Shown here: piece after piece, positions 12,853 to 25,072 of the stretch
Numbering within the stretch: the first letter of the stretch is position 1
How the letters are laid out: every line of letters starts with the position of its first letter
Origin: Blepharisma stoltei ATCC 30299
Taxonomy: Eukaryota > Protista > Ciliophora
Assembly (NCBI GenBank): GCA_965603825.1
Contig: CBFDEM010000044.1
Coordinates: 62,001 to 126,000 of the forward strand
DNA length: 64,000 nt
Direction of reading: 5' to 3'
The notes under the pieces: model-generated
The model's database searches: none
What the model saw: only the letters and a program-made list of their open reading frames with translations
What the model was told of the DNA's origin: nothing
Translations under genes and position numbers: made by a program

Positions 12853-15800
12853 CTAAGTAGATTCATTAGCTTTACCCTTAATAGGAATTATTGAAAGAAT
12901 CACTTTCAGCCTGTTTAATTTGCTTATTTCTCTTGAAAGATATGGTAAAAAATATAGCAAGTATAAAAAGACTGAAAGAACTATATATATGATTGCTGTA
13001 TTTACAATATCGCTGAGTCTGTCTGATATCATTTCTTTAGATCCTTCGTCTATAACACTAAAAACACGCGCCATCATCAATTGAAGTTCAGTGTACCTCC
13101 TGGTTAAAATCCAAAGCTGGCTCATTTTTTCTGAGTCATATTTCTGCAATGCAGAAGCCTCAAACATTAATAAATTAGTCCATCATATGGATCCCAGATT
13201 TGATTGATAAATTGGAGAAGAGCCGTGCTCAAATAAAGAGGTTCTCATCATTGCTGGTAAATATTTTCTGTTTCACATAAAAGAGTGGGTGCATTTCATA
13301 AAGATCGTAATCGCTTCTGCTAGCTCATTATTTGCGTTAGGAAAAGAAAGACTTTTAGGAATCAGCTGTTTTAGCTGCTTTTCTTGGTCGTCAAGGGCAG
13401 CTTCTCTTGCAAAAAAGCCTATTTTTGGGATAATTGCCCTTCTTTGTACATATATGTACATAATTTGTGGCCTTTTTTTTAGATATTCTTCAACATCAGG
13501 ATACATAATTCCATGAACTAAGCTATAATATATCCCAGTCAAACTTATAAATAGTGCTAGTCTTGTGATATATCTCATTCTTATATTTATTGAAATTCTT
13601 TTGTATTTTTTTCTTAATGGAATATCTACTTCTTCTAGTTCTTCATTGTGTACCAATGCTAGCCTATCTTTGCAATTTTTTATTAGCTCATAGTAGCAAG
13701 CATATATTTTTTCTCGGATAAAATTTCATAGGTTGTTATATTTTTTGCTGATAAACAATATATAAAATACAAGAAATGCCATACAAATACCAAGTATGCT
13801 TGCTCCAATGACATCTAAAACAATAGTAAATGTTCCTATAGTGCTAATTCTGTCTATTTCACAGTTGACAAGTCCATTCAGCGATGAATTTGACATATAA
13901 AAAGCTTCCCCCAAGCCATTTGCAACTAAAAATTGCAAGTCATTAGTATAATTTTCTGAATTTTTAACATTCCCAATCATACTATTTATCTAAATATATT
14001 TTACATGTCCAATAAATTCACTCAGAGCATCATACAAATTCATGAAAATTCGCCTAGGCTCCTCATTATTATTAAAATCTCATATTGGGATAATATCAAG
14101 CATAATTATTTTTGATGAGTCACAATAGCTTCAGTCCTCATAATGCTTATACAAAGTACTTTGATAAGTTAATAGATCAGACCTTGTTTGCTCAAGCATG
14201 CTAGTATAATAAGAAACCTCAGTATGGTTATAAGATATAGCCAAATCTATTAATCTGGAATTTTCTGCAGCTGATGCAATTCTATACAAAATAATTCCGA
14301 GGTCATTGAAAGTGTTGATTGATCTAGAATGATTCACTGCATCTGCTATATAGATTATTATTGCAACATTTGTTATTAGTACAGAAATGATCTACATATA
14401 TAATACCGAAAAAAATAAAACTAATTTGAATTTTCTCAATGACTGCTCTGATTGATTTATGATTGATTTTTCTTTGCCTGAATATTACTTACTGTTAATG
14501 AAATTATAGGAACTGACTTGAAATGAAATATTTGACCCTAATTCTTCAAATTTGTGCCTGCACTTTTCTAGATTGTTTGAATCCTCAACATCATCTATAA
14601 AAGTTGTTATACTCGCATTGCTTTTTCGTTTATAAACTCTATCATCATCATGGTCAGTTGGTATTTTAGTATCATTTTGCTTAGGCTCATTTATTATAGA
14701 GCGATTTGTAAGTTGGCCAAAGAATTCTCGTTGCTCATAAGTGCTCTTTTGTAGCCATTCTGTTATTTCGCTCTTATCTGTAATTAAAATAGCATAATGG
14801 ACTTCAGATTTTTTAAAATATTTAATACCATGAACAACAGCAATAGCTTGCTTACCTACAATTAATTCTGGCTCAAAAAGCTCTAACTCAAAAAATTTGG
14901 GAATATAGGATAAAATATTCTGATAATTTATAAATTGATTAGGCAAATCTAAAGCATTTGCAAAAAGATCACTATGGCAATATATTGTGCCATCTTCTGA
15001 TATTAATGCAACTTGATGACTAGAAGAAATAGGCTTCATAGATACCATAAAAAATAAATCCTCTCTAAGTGCTGTCAATTTAATTAGTGTATACGATTCA
15101 TTTAAATATCCTTGGCAATCCATTGTAAACCATGAATAATTTTTAAATATTTCAGGGCCTGTACAGTTATCAACAAATTTTTTCATAATTTCTAAATGAT
15201 TTTCATTATAAGGTGATGGGATATATTGAATTATATTATTTTCCAAAATGTTTGTTACTGTTCCTTTCAGCATTTGAGCCGCTATTTCATTGATATATAC
15301 AATAACTCCGAATGAGTCTTTATTAGCAGAAATTAAAATATTCCCATTTCCTTCTTCAAAATTTTCTATTTTTTCTATTTTTTTAGGCTCTTGAATAATC
15401 GAGTTCTGTGAAGCTTTGTCTAAAATTATTTTTCCTCTGCTAAAATCATAAAGGATGTTTTGTAGTAGACTCCCATAAATTTCATAAGATTTTGGGTGTT
15501 TTTCTTTCAAAAGTTTTGTATAAATTGAGTTCACTGATTTGATTAATGATGCTGAATTTTTGACTAAATATTCAAGCTTGGAAATTTTAGGTTTTTCTAT
15601 TGATGCTTCTTTTCATAAATCTAGTAAAAATTTGCATAGAGCTTTGTCATCTTTTTTAGCTAGTTCTAACTCATTCAAATAGGATAAAAAGTCATTTTCA
15701 TCTGAAATGCTTTTTTCGTTGATTTTAAATCATTGGTATATTCTTTGCTCTTGGACTTCTCCTTCAAAACTATTATGAACTTGAGACATTCTTGCAAGCT

Positions 15801-17067
15801 TTATTTTAGCTAAGCTAAAATCTTCTGCTGAAAATAAGCAATAATTTACTTCCCAAACAACCAAAAGCTTATCTTTACTGATTTGGGAAATTTTATGTAT
15901 TTCTGAAAATTTGTTATAAATTTGTAAAAAATTTTTAAAATTTTTTGAAGTTAATTGCTTCCTTAGCCTCAGTTCAAAAGTATACTCGTCTAAATAAGTC
16001 CCTTTATACGATTGCTTTAATGAAAATTTATGCATTCAGTAGAAAATAATCCCAAGAGCAAGCGGTACTACGCAAATGCTTAATAAAGCAATAATTCCTG
16101 AATTATCCATTCATATGCCTACTAAAAAATTAAATGATATTCCCATTACGCCGAGCATCATTGAAACTTGAATAACATTGGTTATTAGATTATAATAGGG
16201 CTCAGACTTTCAAACTTTCAATGCAAGAATTCCAGAAAAAGTCATAATTATAGCATAGTATCAGACCTTCTTAGAGCTCATAGACACATGCATAAAAATA
16301 AAAAGCTGCTTATAAATCATTAAAAGCACATTAAATGAAGAATTTGACCTTGATTTTATATTGTTCCAAGCAAATGAATGGCGAACATCAGCAGTAAAAA
16401 GCTCACGGAAGACACACAAACAAAATAGTTGGATTAATGAAAATATTCCCAAAAAAATTCCAACAGCTCCTACATCAACGTCTTTTTGGGTAAGATTTTT
16501 ATATTCGTCTATATTCGAATGCGAAAAAAGTGAGTATTTAATTGTAACTATTAATATCAAATTTGTTGGAATAAATCCTATTGTTGATATTATGTCTAAA
16601 ATATGAGTTGGAAAAGTCAAAAATAATTTAAATAGTTTCCAGTTACTTTGATTGAAGAGAGAATTGAAAAAAGAAAAAACTATTATAGCTGATGTATATA
16701 ATAAAATTTGGGAAATAAATGCATAAAATGCAATTTGATACACATTCAAGGCAGCAAAAATAGTGTCAAATGAAAAATAGCCTAGGACTTTTCACCACCC
16801 AAAATAACTATTTCAGTTTTTAATTTCCATTTCGGGGTATCATAAAATAGTCACCATTTGACTAAAGGAAATTATATTGGAAATAATCTCTATCATATAC
16901 TGAGTTGAAGTTTTGGTGCTTAAATCATATTTTAGGAAAAATCAACTTCCTAAATTTTCTATCAGATTGGCTTTGATTTTAAAATAAATTGTATTTGAAA
17001 GAGAGCTGAGTTTGTTGTCGTTGGAGAATATTGACGTCTTGTAAAGACTGTCTATCCCGTCAGCCAT
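12853..17067 (-). CDS. Multi-transmembrane PAS-domain protein (ciliate-expanded, TmcB-like), copy 1, ~1389 aa, 3 introns
   Basis: Single frame from ATG 17067 with TGA=Trp and introns 14478-14492, 14392-14406 and 13990-14004. N-terminal TM bundle, PAS motif GVIVYINEIAAQMLKGTVTNILENNIIQYIPSPYNENH, C-terminal TM helices ending ILSIIP. Confidence 0.85.
13990..14004 (-). other. 15-nt spliceosomal intron
   Basis: gtaaaatatatttag; same position as the paralogue intron 18732-18746. Confidence 0.9.
14392..14406 (-). other. 15-nt spliceosomal intron
   Basis: gtattatatatgtag; in-frame TAG. Confidence 0.9.
14478..14492 (-). other. 15-nt spliceosomal intron
   Basis: gtaagtaatattcag; in-frame TAA. Confidence 0.9.
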
Positions 17068-17594
17068 TATTTGTGAATTATAATTAAAGATTAGAAATAG
17101 AAACAATAATGCAAAGAGAATTAAATTGCTTACAATTGCCTAAGCAAAAATTTTTTATCTCGTAATTTAGAAGCATATAACTTTAGGAATTTGATTATCA
17201 CTTACAGGTGTAAGAAGCTAATTAGCTGGATCATTATTTTTGTATTTTTCTAGATTAATAGCCATTTTGGCTCCCATAAACTTTATAACATTAAGAAAGC
17301 ATCAATGATAGCTTGCCTTATTATTTATGGATTTTATGATAATTTTTTATTGTTTTCAATAAATTTACTATAGTTTTATTAATTATTACATAATATTGTA
17401 AAACTTAAATATTTTAACGAATTTTCAAAGTCTAATAAAATCTTTAAGCTATTTAATAAATATTATTTCCTTTTTTGCTTAATAGACATATGATTAAATT
17501 ACTTTCTATAGCATTTTCTTCAAAACTATATCTTTCAATCACTAGAAATATTATTCTCCTTTTAACAAAATGTCATTTTTAGTAAAATCTACCC

Positions 17595-20500
17595 TTAAAC
17601 AGATTCATTGGTTTTTCCCTTGATAGGAATTATTGAAAGAATCATTTTTAGCTTGCCCAAGTTGCTTATTTCTCTTGAAAGATATGGTAAAAAATATAAA
17701 AAGTATAAAAGTACTGAAAGAATTATATATGAAATTGCTGTATATACAATAATTTCAAGCCTGTCTGATATCATATCTCTAGATCCTTCATCAATATATT
17801 CGAAAATATTAGCCATTTCAGCCTGAAGATCAGCATATCTTTTGGTTAAAGTTCAAAGATCAGTCATTTTTTGTGAGCCAAGCTCTTGCAAAGCAGAAGC
17901 ATCAAACATTAATAAATTCGTCCAATAGATTGCTCCATAGATGGACTGGTAAATATTAGAACTGCTGTGCTCAAATAATGAGACTCTCATGGATTTTGAT
18001 AAATATTTTCTGTCTCACACAAATATGTGAGTGCATCTCATAAAAATAGTGATAGAATCAGTTAGCTGTTTATTTGCATTAGGCATGGATAGACTTTTAG
18101 GAATTAGCTGCTCTAGTGTCTTTTTTGGGTCATCAATAGCAGCTTCTCTTGCAAAAAAATCTATTTTTGGAAAAATTGCCCTTCTTTGTACATAAACGTA
18201 AAGGATTTTTGGCCTTTGCTTTAGATATTCTTCAACATCTGGATACATAAATCCATGAACTAAGCTATAATAAATTCCAGTCAAACTTATAAATAATGTT
18301 AGTCTTATGATATATCTCATGCTTGTATTTATTGAGACCATTTTGTACTTTTTTCTTAACGGGATATCAACGTCTTCAAGCTCTTCATTGTGGACTAGAG
18401 TCAGTCTTTCTTTGCAATTTTTTATTAACTCATAGTAGCAAGCATATATTTTTTCTCGGATAAAATTTCATAGGTTGTTATATTTTTTGCTGATAAATAT
18501 TATGTAAAATATAAGAAATGCTACACAAATGCCAAGTATGCTTGCTCCAATGACATCTAAAATAATAGTAAATGTTCCTATAGTATCAATTCTGTCTACT
18601 TCGCAGTTAACCAGTCCACTTAGAGATGAATTTGACATATAAAAAGCTTCACCTAAGCCATTTGCAACTAAAAATTGCAAGTCACTAGTATAATTTTGTG
18701 AGTTTTCAACCTTCGTAATCATGCTATTTATCTAATTATATTTTACATGTCCAATAAATTCACTCAGAGCATCATACAAATTCATGAAAATTTGTCTAGG
18801 CTCCTCATTATCATTAAAATCTCATATTGGGATAATATCATTCATAACTAATTTTGACGAGTCACAATAGCTTCAGTCACCATAATATTTATATAAAGTA
18901 TTTTGATAAATTAATAGCTCAGACCTTGTTTGATCAAGTAAATTAGTATAATAAGAAACTTCAGTATGGTTATAAGATATAGCCAAATCTATTGATCTGG
19001 AATTTTCTGCAGCTGATGCAATTCTATACAAAATAATTCCGAGATCATTAAAAGTGCTGATTGATTTAGAATGATTCACTTGGTCTGTTATATAAATTAT
19101 TATCGATACATTTGTTATTAGAACAGAAATCATCTGTATAAAAAATACTGAAAAAAATAAAATTCATTTGAATTTTCTCAATGATTTTTCTGATTGATTT
19201 ATAATCGATTTTTCTTTGTCTAGCTATTTTTTACTGTTAATAAAATTATAGGAGTTGACTTGAAATGAAATATTTGACTCTTTTTCTTCGAATTTTTGGC
19301 CTTTTAGGGTAATGCTGACATCGCCAATATCATCTATAAAAGTTGTTATGCTCATATTGCTTTTCCGTTTCCTTATTCTGTCATCATCTTGGTCTGTTGT
19401 TAATTTAGTTTCACTTGGCTTATGTTCATTTATTATAGAAGTATTTATAAGTTGACCGAAAAATTCTCTCTGCTCGTAAGTATCTTTTTTTAGCCATTCT
19501 GTTATTTCGTTTTTATCAGTAATTAATATAACATAATGGACTTCAGATTTTTTAAAATTTTTTATCCCATGGATAACTGCAATTGTTTGTCGAGTTACAA
19601 TTAGTTCTGGCTCGAAAAGCTCGAGCTCAAAAAATTTAGGAATATAAGATGAAATATTCTGATAGTTAAGAAATTTGTTTGGTAAATCTAAAGCATCTGG
19701 AAAAAGATCACTATGGCAGAAAATTAAGCCATCCTTTGATATCAATGCAACTTGATGGTTAGAAGCAATAGGCTTCATAGACACCATAAAGAATAAACTT
19801 TCCCTAAGTGCTGTCAGTTTGATTAATGTATGAAGTTCATGCAAGTACCCTTGATGATCCATTATAAATCATGAGTGAGTTCTCAATATTTCAGGATTTA
19901 TACAATTATCTATAAAGGTTTTCATAATTTCTAAATGATTTTGATTATAAGGTGATGGGATATATTGAATTATATTATTTTCCAAGATATTTGTTACTGT
20001 TCCTTTTAGTATTTGAGCTGCAACTTCATTTATATAAACAATAACTCCAAGTGAGTCTTTATCAGCTGAAATTAAAATATTCCCATTTCCTTCTTCAAAA
20101 TTTTCTATTTTTTCTATTTTTTTTGACTCTTGTTCGATGGCATACGTCGAAGCTTTGTCTAAAATTATTTTTCCTCTGTTAAATTCATAAAGAATATTCT
20201 GTAGTAAACTTCCATAAATTTCATGAGATTTTGGGTGTTTTTCTTTTAAAAGTTTTGTATAAATTGAATTCACTGATTTGATTAATGATGCTGAATTTTT
20301 GACTAAATATTCAAGCTTAGAAATTTTAGGTTTTTCAAGTGAGGCTTCTTTTCATAAATCTAATAAAAATTTGCATAGAGCTTTGTCTTCTCTTTTTGCG
20401 AGCTCTAACTCGTTTAAATAAACTAAAAAATCATTTTCGTCATCAAGGTTTTTTTCGTTTAATTTAAATCATTGGTATATTCTTTGTTCTTGAACTTCTC

Positions 20501-21794
20501 CTTCAAAACTATCACGAACTTGAGACATTCTGGCTAATTTTATTTTTGCTAAACTAATATCTTTTACTGAAAATAAGCAATAATTCACTTCTCATGCTAC
20601 CAAAAGCTTATCTTTAATAATTTGAGAGGTTTTATGTATTTCTGAAAATTTGTCGAAAATTTGTGAATAATTTTGATAATTTCTAGAAATTAATTGTTTT
20701 CTTATTGTCAATTCGAATGTGTGCTGGTCTAAATAAATCCCTTTATTTGGCTTATTTAATGAAAATTTGCGTATTCAGTAAAAAATTAGTCCAAGAGCCA
20801 GAGGGACAACACAAATGCTCAGTAATGGAATAATTCCTGAATTGTCCATTCAAATCCCAATTAAAAAATTTAATGAAATTCCCATTAGTCCAAGCATCGT
20901 AGAAATTTGAATAAGGTTAACTATTGGACTATAATAAGAATCAGACTTTCATGCTATGAATGCAAGTATTCCAGAAAAAATCATGATTATGCTATAGTAC
21001 CAAACCTTCTTAGAGTTCATCGAAATGTGCATAAATACAAAAAATTGTTTGCAAATCACTAAAAGCATATCATACGAAGAATTTGACCTTGATTTAATAT
21101 TTTTCCAAGCAAATGAGTGCCGAGTGTCAGCAGTAAAAATTTCACGAAAAATACATAAAACAGTCAGTTGGACTAGTGAAAATATTCCTAAAATAATTCC
21201 TATAATTCCTACATCAATTTCTTTCGGCGTAAGGTTTACATATTCATCAGTTTTTGAATAGGAAAAAAGTGAATATTTAATTGTGATTATTAATATCAGA
21301 TTTGTAGGGATAAAACCTACTGTCGACATTGCACCTAAAATATATGTTGGGAAAACCAGTAATAATTTACATATTTTTCATTTATTTTGCTTGAAAAGGC
21401 AAAAAATCACCAAAGCCAATGTGGATGCGGAAATTTGGGAAATTGATATATAAAAAGCATTTTGAAATGTGTTTAAATCAGCACATATAGTGTCAAAGCT
21501 AAAATAACCTATGAGTCTTCATCATATTAAATAACTGCTTCAGTTTTGAATTTCCATATCTGGGTATCATAGCATAGTAATCATTTGGCAAAAAATAATT
21601 AAATTTACAATAATCTCTATCAAATATTGAGTTGATTTTTTGATATTTAAATCATATTTTAGGACGAATCAATTTTCTAGCCTCTCTATCAGTCTGATTT
21701 TGGTTTTAAAATAAATTGTATTTGTAAATGAGTGTATTTTGTGGTCTTTGGAGAATATTGATGTCTTGTACAGATTATCTGAGTAGTCTATCAT
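17595..21794 (-). CDS. Multi-transmembrane PAS-domain protein, tandem paralogue copy 2, ~1384 aa, 3 introns
   Basis: Collinear with 12853-17067 at an offset of ~4.74 kb; same PAS motif and the same three intron positions; ATG at 21794 (MIDYSDNLYKTSIFS). Confidence 0.85.
18732..18746 (-). other. 15-nt spliceosomal intron
   Basis: gtaaaatataattag; in-frame TAG. Confidence 0.9.
19134..19148 (-). other. 15-nt stop-less, in-frame intron
   Basis: gtattttttatacag; homologous to the stop-containing intron 14392-14406. Confidence 0.85.
19220..19234 (-). other. 15-nt spliceosomal intron
   Basis: gtaaaaaatagctag; in-frame TAG; homologous to 14478-14492. Confidence 0.9.
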
Positions 21795-22717
21795 TATTTA
21801 ATTATTATAATTCATTATTTTTGAAATTGAAGCGAGAAAGCAAATATAATTAAATTATTGACCGCTCCTTGAAAAAAAACCCATTTAGCTCAGCATTTGA
21901 CATATTAGAGCTCCTGAAGTGTACTCATTTTTATAAATTTAAGTGATTGGATAATTATTTTATTTTCATATGACTCTAAATAAATTAATTTGATGATGAA
22001 ATTTGAATATCGCTAAATGTTTTATAAATAATTTATATTTTTTGGCACATTTTTTGTGGTTTGATTAATTAATTTCCTTATAAAATGTCTTTTTAAAATT
22101 CACAAGAAGTTTCTAAATAAATAATAAGTGGAAAAATATTATGTAACATATTTTTTCTAGAATGTAGCCACTTATTTCAGTTTAACTCATAAGATTGCTA
22201 TAATTATAATTAATTTATTAATTTCTTTTCATTATGCATAGATCTTTTTAACAGCCAGTTAAATATTGTATTATGCCTAATTTGTAATTCTAATGCATCT
22301 TTCTGTTAAATAAACTTTTATTTAGATAATTTCAAAAAATAGACCCATATTTAATGAGTTTTTTTTAATTATTTAAATTCAATTAAGATAATTTTATTGT
22401 AATTATTTATAAAATATGATAAAAAGAATAAAATGAAAGAATCAAATTGAATGAATTTAATATATTTTATATATTTTATATAAAAACTCAATAAAAAACT
22501 TATAAATTTTCTTATCTTCAGATAAATCTTATTAATAAATAGCAAAAGAATGATAGATTTCTTTTAAAAATTTTTCAATCAAAAAATTAATCTTTAAGAC
22601 AAAATCTAAATAAAAGAGAATTTTTAGATTATAGTAAATTAAATTTTAAAAACTATCCAGTGGATTTTAATAAAAAGTTAAAAGTAATAAAAAATAAGCT
22701 TGCTGAAAATATGATTT

Positions 22718-23731
22718 TTAACTGCCTTTACTAGGCTTAATTAAAATCTTCCCTGCAGACATATTATTTGAATATCTTTGGATAGCTTCTTGAACCCCTT
22801 CTAACGGATACTCTCCAGCAAAATCAGTTCTATAAAGTTCACCAAGTGAATTCTGTACCTTTCTCACTGTATTTATCGCCCCAAAAATATTTTTAGACTG
22901 CAGCCAATCTGTAAGCCACAACCCTTCCAATTTTTTTTTCTCACAAATTAACCCCACTGGGTTTATATTTCCACACGCTTCCAGAGATAAAGCTCCATAC
23001 AAATAAACAATCGAAGTTTCTGGCATTAAATTCAATAAAGTCCCAGTAATATTTCCACCTATTGCATCAAAAGCTATCGTTGCATTTAATTCTTTCGCCA
23101 AAGCCCTCAATTCTTCTTCAAAAGTAGGCTCACTTGAATTTAATACAAATTTTGCCCCTAAATTTTTGAGGGTTTCCACTTGTTCTTGACGTCTGACGAT
23201 ATTTATAATTGGATAATTATTTTCGACACTCCACCTGACCATCATTTTTCCTAATTGTGAAGCAGCGGCAGTGTGGATGGCGGCTTTGTGCTTTCCTTGG
23301 TAAATTACGTCGGCAAACATTACTGCTGTCATTGGATTAACAAAAAAGCAAGCTCCTTGGTCGAAGGTAATTTGGTCGTTTAGCTTAACGCAATGTTTTG
23401 CGCTTGTTACCATGTATTCGGCCCAGGTTCCTCCCATTTTTGGAGTCATTGCACAGGCAACTCGTTTCCCAAGAAGTGTCCAGCCTATAAAGCCGCCTCC
23501 GTTTTGGATTACAATTCCTGAGCCTTCGAAACCGGGGACTATTGGAAGGACTGGGTTTGAATTTCCGTATAATCCTCGAATGAATAATAAATCTGAAGGA
23601 TTAATTGGAGCTGCTTCCATTCTGATTAAAACTTCTCCAGGTCCAGGAGTCGGAATAGGGACTTCTCTTATAGCTACTTGAGGGTTTTCAGAAATTGATT
23701 CAAGGATTGCTGCTTTCATAAGCTTAGACAT
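22718..23731 (-). CDS. Medium-chain dehydrogenase/reductase (enoyl-reductase / quinone-oxidoreductase-like)
   Basis: PGPGEVLIRMEAAPINPSD, PGFEGSG, GTWAEY, VNPMTA, TAAASQLG, AGKILIKP; no catalytic Zn cysteine pattern. Start may be 23755, 23731 or 23719. Confidence 0.9.
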   Translation of the reverse strand: MSKLMKAAILESISENPQVAIREVPIPTPGPGEVLIRMEAAPINPSDLLFIRGLYGNSNPVLPIVPGFEGSGIVIQNGGGFIGWTLLGKRVACAMTPKMGGTWAEYMVTSAKHCVKLNDQITFDQGACFFVNPMTAVMFADVIYQGKHKAAIHTAAASQLGKMMVRWSVENNYPIINIVRRQEQVETLKNLGAKFVLNSSEPTFEEELRALAKELNATIAFDAIGGNITGTLLNLMPETSIVYLYGALSLEACGNINPVGLICEKKKLEGLWLTDWLQSKNIFGAINTVRKVQNSLGELYRTDFAGEYPLEGVQEAIQRYSNNMSAGKILIKPSKGS

Positions 23732-24107
23732 TTTTAGTATTATATTTAATGACACAATAACAAAGAATAATGTTTACAAAATATATATATTTTAAATTAA
23801 ATTTAGTATCAATGCTATTGTGCAATTATTAATGAAATAATGATTTAAAAATTTATAATATAATAAAGATTTAACCATTGTGATTATAATAAATAGAAAA
23901 TTTGCCGATAAAAGATTTTAAAAAGAATAAAAGTATGCTAAACATCCTTCTTTAAGTTAAGAGACAGGATAAGAGATTAATATTATTAGATTTAAAATAT
24001 AAACACAATGATAATTTTAGACTAGAGAATCAAAAATGAATCACTTAAGTTTTACTTATTTATATCAGCACAACTCATTTATTGGCGAGTAAAAATAATT
24101 GATAGAA

Positions 24108-24860
24108 CTAGTCTAAATTGATAACAGGATCGTTTTTTTTATAATAAATTTGTTGAAGATTATTTCTTTCGCCTTCATGAAGATCAATAATTCCTTTGCT
24201 TACAATGGCTTTTAAATTACCATTTTGGCTGTCTTCTTTTAGTAACTCATGTATAACTTTCATTCTTGCTTTAGCTTGATTATTCTTTATTGCGGATGGC
24301 TTTTTGTTGTAAATTCGACGCTTAGCCATATATTTATTATACTCTAAAGCAATTTATGCCCCCGATATTTTATATATATACAGAAGAATTCAAAAATGTA
24401 TAAAATGCTAGATTGCGAGAATAATTGAATTATATTTCAATCGCAATTTCAATATCCAAGAAATTATATACCCCCTTTTTATCAAAGCCATAAAATTTAA
24501 AGGATTATTTAATTATTCTAAGCAAATGATTCCCGTATATTTTTCAATTTTCTTTCTTTGCTCTTCTCCAATTTCTTCATCATTGTCTCCTAATTTAATT
24601 TCTAAGCTTTCTTTTGCTTCTGAATTAGCTTTTTCGTTTGATTCCCTTAATATTTTGTGAAGAGCGTGTTTTCTGACCTTCGAAACCCTGTTAGAAACGC
24701 CTTGACATCTTCTTCCTTCTGGTATCTTCTTCATATTTATTATAAGTAAATAGTGATCCGAGGATATTTTTGTATCCCCCATAAAATTTATTGAGCTATT
24801 TATAAATTAACCTCTGCCTAAAATTCTATTAATATATACATGCTTAGCTCATCCTCTTTC
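24108..24860 (-). mobile_element. Possible degenerate non-LTR retrotransposon (APE endonuclease) relic
   Basis: The minus frame reads ERGWAKHVYINRILGRG*FINSSINFMGDTKISSDHYLLII, similar to the IDxIL...SDH end of APE endonucleases, followed by broken basic ORF fragments. Confidence 0.3.
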
Positions 24861-25072
24861 TAGCTTTTTTTAATTATAATTTATATCGCCCTTTAAGTTT
24901 AAATGGTTAACATTAGCATCAATAAATAGTTATTAATATATTAGAATTAAATCAATAAAGAATTGAGATCAATTTATTTAATTTCGACAAATTAAATATT
25001 GACTATGCATTTCTGCTATAAAATATCAATAAAATACAATTCTATAGATAATTTTCACTAGAATAATCTAAA

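Noticed and set aside
12853-21794. Pseudogenised or fragmented membrane-protein genes
   Set aside because: The breaks are TGA=Trp codons or 15-nt introns conserved in both copies; overall frame is preserved
21795-22717. Long AT-rich spacer as a possible retained IES or MITE
   Set aside because: No convincing terminal inverted repeats or TA-bounded unit could be identified by eye
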